Below, one piece after another: positions 59,842-64,000 of a stretch of DNA of 64,000 nt. Made by a program: the position numbers and the translations under genes. Position 1 is the first letter of the stretch. The number at the start of each line of letters is the position of its first letter. Origin of the DNA: Acidobacteriota bacterium (GTDB lineage: Bacteria > Acidobacteriota > UBA890 > WLXD01); assembly GCA_965205505.1 (NCBI GenBank), contig CBDBHB010000009.1, forward strand, positions 640,001 through 704,000, read 5' to 3'. The notes beneath the pieces were generated by a model. It saw only the letters and a list, made by a program, of their open reading frames with translations, ran no database searches and had not been told where the DNA came from.

Positions 59842-61344
59842 TCGAGGATCACGACCACGGAGCTACCGCGATCGGCAACGTAGATCCGGCCACTGCCATC
59901 AACCGCCAGGTCTCTGGGATCGTCCAGTCGACGGCCCCCAGGAAGCCCCGGGCCCAGCCGCGCCAGCCGCGCTCCCTCGCTCGAGAACACGTCGATGCGC
60001 TTGTCGTCGCGGTCGAGCACGTAGAAGTTGTCCAACTCGTCGACCGCCAATGCCGCCGGGCGGCGCCACTCTGACACAGTCACCAGCGTCTCGACTCCTC
60101 CGCTCCCATCCAGGGCGAGCACCGATTTGTTGCGTCTGTCCAGAAGCAGGAAGCGCCCCTGGTTGTCGACGTCGATATCGACGATCTTGAAGCGCTGGCT
60201 CCCAAGCGGTGTGGACATATAGGCGCCGTTGACGTCGAATCGCGACAGCTTGTCGCCATCGTCGTAGGCTACGAGGATGCTGCCGAGCGGACCATGCGCC
60301 GCTGCGACGATCTGGTCGACCTCCTCCGGGCGGTTTCCCTCGCGGGTAGTGAAGGTCTGGCGCTGGTGAGTGAATGGCGACAGGATCGCCCGTCGCACGA
60401 CGACGTACGCCACGCTGGCCGGACCGAACCAGGGCTTCGTGGCACCGACAAGCGGTCTTTGCCGAGCTGTCACCGCGCCATCGGAGCGCAGCCGCGCCCC
60501 GAACGGTACGCCCTCGTCGACAATGAGCAACTCGCCATCGCTCGAGGCTCCTACGCCGATCGGCTCATCGAGCCGTCCATCCGCGCTCGCCAGAGTGCGT
60601 GATTGCCGCCAGGCCGCTTCCGTCGCACCGAGTCGATGACGATGGATGAGCGACAGCAGTGTGCGCGACGCAAGCACCTCGGTCGCGCTCAGCTGTAGCA
60701 GCGCACCGGCGGCCTCCCACTCGCCGCTGCGGAGCAGCGCCGTTCCGAGCCCCGCATACCCGGGCCAACCACGCGCCACTTACGCCTGGCTCCATGGCGG
60801 CGGCGAACTCGCCCTCTGCCATTTCGGTTTCCAGCAGCCGGAGGCTGATATCGCCGCTCAATACCATCGCGGCGGTGCGCGCCTCGAGTCGCGGGAATGT
60901 CGCGGCGTCGAACAGTATCGGAAGGCGCGAGAGCGTCTCACGCACCCTGCGAAGATCGTCCGTTGACCGGGACGCATCGATGTCGTAGCGGGCCACGATC
61001 ACGGTGGCGGCGGCAGCATTGGCCGTCCGCGGATGCGCGTTGACGATGCGATCGGCAGTGCCGCGCGCCGCGTCCTGGTTGCCCGGCGACAGGTGACTGT
61101 TGGCGATCAGCAGGAGTGCATCGTCGACCAGCTCCGAAGCCGAGAACTGGTCCACGAGGACCGTTGCCTCACGAATCGCACCCTCGGGATCTCCAGCCTC
61201 GTAGAGCATCTGTGCCCGACCGAACAATCGTTGCGCGGCGACGTCGGCCTGCGTGGGCGCGTGCACGCGGTTTGCGGACACCGTGGCGGCCAACGGCGAC
61301 ACCGTCAGCGCCAGCAGGAGGAACGTCCGGACCGCCATTCTCAC
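59838..61344 (-). pseudogene. BamD/TPR-like + NHL-repeat protein, frameshifted
   Basis: ORF 60565-61344 (signal, FSASELVDDALL) joins ORF 59838-60779 (PRDLAVDGSGRIYVAD) through a frameshift near 60760. Confidence 0.78.
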
Positions 61345-62336
61345 TGCTGAGGAGCCGTGGCGAAGACGCTCTGACCGTCGCGTACGATGCGCTCATTGAC
61401 GGTGAGCGATGCGCCGGTGGCCGGCCATTCGAACAGGAACTCGTGATCGCCGGCGACCATGCGGGCCTGGAGTGGGGTGACGTCGACGAACTGCCCGTCG
61501 ATGCTGACCCGGCAGTTGCCCGGAATAGCGGCAATTCGAACGCTGGCCACGATCGGAACACTCAGGCGGCGGTTGCCGCCACTGGTCACGTTCACCGTGG
61601 ATCGTTGCGACAGGAACACCTCGGGGGCCGACACGGTTACCGCCCACTAGCCTGGTGGGAGGCTCATCTGCAGGCCGACAGCGGCGTTGAACCGTCGCGT
61701 CTGCCCGCCGCCAAGCGGACGCGCTGTGGCCGACACTGCATAGTCGGCGTCGACGCTCACGAGCCCGGGTTCCACGTCAGGCTGCATCGGGAAATGCAGC
61801 GTCGCCGACTGACGCTGCGAAGTGCTCAGGTCGTCGAGCGCGAACGCCCAACTGGCAGACGTGTAGCCGTCGAGCGCCAGCTGCATCGCGTAGCGCCTGT
61901 CGGGGACCACCTCGAGCTCGTATGGCGTCGTCCCGACCTCGACGCCATCGAGGGTTATCGCGGCTCCGGGTGGCTGACTGGTCACGGTGAACGGCTCACC
62001 AACTACGGGTGGTGGCTCAGGCGTTGCCGGCTCCGCAGCCACAGCATCCTGGTCGGCGTTGGCGACGGCCTCGACCTCGCCGTCACCCGATGTGTCGTCG
62101 GTTCTGGCGGGCGCCGCGACGGCCGAGTCGCTGTCGGTTCCGGCTCCCTCCGGCGACTCCACGGGCACCGTAGCCGGTGTCTCGGGGTCCGGTTGATCGA
62201 CCGCAGCTGGACTCGAGGCCACCGCGTCGACAGGGTCGGCTCCGGTGTTCTCGGTGGGCTCGCTGCTCCCGAGGAGGCGCCATCCGATAATGGCCAGCAC
62301 CGCCGCTGCCGCGATGCCGAGCGCGATCATCGGCAT
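61341..62336 (-). pseudogene. C-terminal TM + PEGA part of a Hanks-type Ser/Thr kinase, with in-frame TAG
   Basis: TM helix, acidic linker, VTSQPPGAAITLDG..GTTP; LPPG-TAG(61647-61649)-WAVTVSAPEVF continues in frame. Confidence 0.78.
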
Positions 62337-62340
62337 GCCG

Positions 62341-62628
62341 GACGACTTTGATGTTCAAGATCGTCAGCGACCAGCCCGAGACGCCCAGCACGGTGAACCC
62401 GAAGCTGCCCCCGGCGCTCGACGCCGTGCTGTTGCGCGCTCTCAACAAGGACCCGGAGCAACGCTTCAGCGGCTGCGTGCAGTTCGCCGACGCGCTGCGC
62501 GCGGCGTGGGGAATGGACACCGATGCCACGGTGCTGACGACATCACCACCCGCCGCACCACCTGGGAAGACTGATCGCCTACCAGCTGCTCGCCGGTAAG
62601 AGGCCCTTCGATGGCGAGTCCCCGACGA
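62341..62628 (+). pseudogene. Inverted, permuted fragments of Ser/Thr kinase subdomains IX-XI
   Basis: TTLMFKIV..LDAVLLRALNKDPEQRF..FADAL (62342-62569) followed by LIAYQLLAGKRPFDGESPT (62572-62628). Confidence 0.8.
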
Positions 62629-62631
62629 CGG

Positions 62632-63296
62632 CGCTTCTCGCCGCCAATGCCTCCCGGATCGTGGACGAACCCCCCGGAGTCAGACGCTGTTACCGGTTTC
62701 GCGCCGAGCTGATCGAGTTTCTTGATCGTGTGCAGGGCCACGTTGCCCGACCCGGAAACGACGCAGCTCTTTCCCTCTACACCGCCGCCTCGGCGCGCCA
62801 GCATCTCCTGCATGAAGTACGCACAGCCGTAGCCTGTGGCCTCGACCCGTCCGAGGCTACCGCCGAAGGAGAGCCCCTTGCCGGTGAGGATCGCGCCCCC
62901 CTTGCTGCCACCCATTGGAAGCGTGGTGAGGCTGTTCTTGAAGGTCTGCTCGAATCCCAGAAACTTCAGCACCGAGAGCGTGACCATGGGGTGGAAGCGC
63001 ATGCCGCCTTTGTAGGGTCCGATCGAGTTGTTGAACTGCACCCGCCAGGCGCGATTGGCCCGCACGTTGCCGTTATCGTCCTCCCACGGAACGCGGCAGA
63101 TCACCACCCGGTCGGGTTCCGTCATGCGCTCGAGTATCTGAGCTTCTTTGTACTCGGGGTGGTCCAGAATGAACGGGATCAGGCTCTCCGCCACCTCCTG
63201 TACAGCCTGGTGAAACTCCGGTTCCCCGGGGTTCCGCTTTATGAGGCCGGCCATGAACCGATCGAAGTCCTGTGCTGCCGATCCTTCGAGCGCCAT
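62632..63296 (-). pseudogene. gdhA: NADP-specific glutamate dehydrogenase, internally deleted and truncated
   Basis: NPGEPEFHQAV, GPYKGGMRFHP, LPMGGSKGG joined directly to AILTGKG..EATGYG..SGSGNVA; ends after DPGGI. Confidence 0.88.
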
Positions 63297-63524
63297 CGGA
63301 GTCCCTCCTCGGGAGCAAGCTCGTCGCGCGCGACACCGCTCGCCAGGTCGCATTTTCCTGCAACCTATCTGACCAGCGGTGAATACACGAGAGGGAACGT
63401 TGCGACAGTCGATTGATCGGCATAGACTCCGGACCCATCCTGAACCTCCTTCATTGGTCGCGGATGTCTAGGTGAGCCATGCGCGGCGAACCCACACCCC
63501 AACAACAAAGCGAGACCAGACCCG

Positions 63525-63953
63525 ATGCCTCCGAATGAGAAAGTAAAGGCGGCAGTCGAGCGACTGTTTGCCAGGAAGCCCGACGCCACGACCACTGATT
63601 TCCGCAGGGTCGCAGAACGCGCCGACGAATCGATTCGCACGCAGTCGCCGCGTAGCTTCAACGCTACATACGTGGTGCCCATCAAGCGCCGCGCCGGCGG
63701 CAAGAAGCGCAAGAAGGTCAGTGCCGGAAAGCGCCAGGTGCGGCGGGCTCGGAAGAAGCGCGTCATGCGACGGCGCGCTCCGAGCACTTCGATCAGTCAT
63801 TCCACTCGTGCCGGTGTCCGCGCGCTGATCCTCCAACGCGATCAGGAGGTTATCGTCGCATTGAGCAGTGGCGGCGATCCGCGGCAGGCATACGATCTCG
63901 GCAGTGGGGTCGACGCCTATATCGATGCCCTGGCGAAAGCGTTGCGCATGTAG
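63525..63953 (+). CDS. Hypothetical protein with a central Lys/Arg-rich tract
   Basis: 142 aa; helical ends around KRRAGGKKRKKVSAGKRQVRRARKKRVMRRR. Confidence 0.65.
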   Translation: MPPNEKVKAAVERLFARKPDATTTDFRRVAERADESIRTQSPRSFNATYVVPIKRRAGGKKRKKVSAGKRQVRRARKKRVMRRRAPSTSISHSTRAGVRALILQRDQEVIVALSSGGDPRQAYDLGSGVDAYIDALAKALRM

Positions 63954-64000
63954 CGGCCAAGAGGTCGACCCCATTCCGACGAGAGAGCCTGGGTGGCAGA

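Noticed and set aside
43223-61649. Amber recoding (TAG = Gln or pyrrolysine) suggested by three in-frame TAGs
   Set aside because: TAG ends many intact genes here at their expected C-termini (rimI, yjbQ, thiG, rpiB, IS630 transposase). Two of the three affected genes carry other lesions. No pyl genes or suppressor tRNA were seen.
63363-63524. Possible ribozyme or riboswitch between gdhA and the basic protein
   Set aside because: Could not assemble the required pairings for any known class by eye

Overview
A GC-rich bacterial chromosomal window, most likely Acidobacteriota (inferred from the PadR + ADOP-type permease pair, the multiheme-TPR + ASPIC/UnbV pair and the PEGA/NHL/BamD-like cluster). 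It mixes housekeeping genes (rimI, pduO, yjbQ, class I aldolase, glk, thiO-thiS-thiG-thiE, rpiB, ycaQ, htrA-like) with secreted peptidases, an RND system, and a GMC + Gfo/Idh/MocA + KamA-like radical SAM block. Three intact IS elements are present (IS3, IS110/IS1111-type, IS630). Many genes are broken by frameshifts, nonsense codons, internal deletions or micro-inversions. Main observations: (1) the IS1111-type element has a 3' non-coding RNA region with two short guide segments matching both flanks of its own insertion site; (2) several CTAG/TAG-flanked miniature elements have unrelated terminal inverted repeats but share one bipartite, covarying hairpin core; (3) a variable region of small co-oriented genes is punctuated by a repeated 60-90 bp upstream element; (4) a non-TPP hairpin leader covers the thiO ribosome-binding site; (5) a KamA-like aminomutase lacks the lysine-binding aspartates. 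No rRNA, tRNA or CRISPR array was seen. All calls were made by eye, with no database searches.
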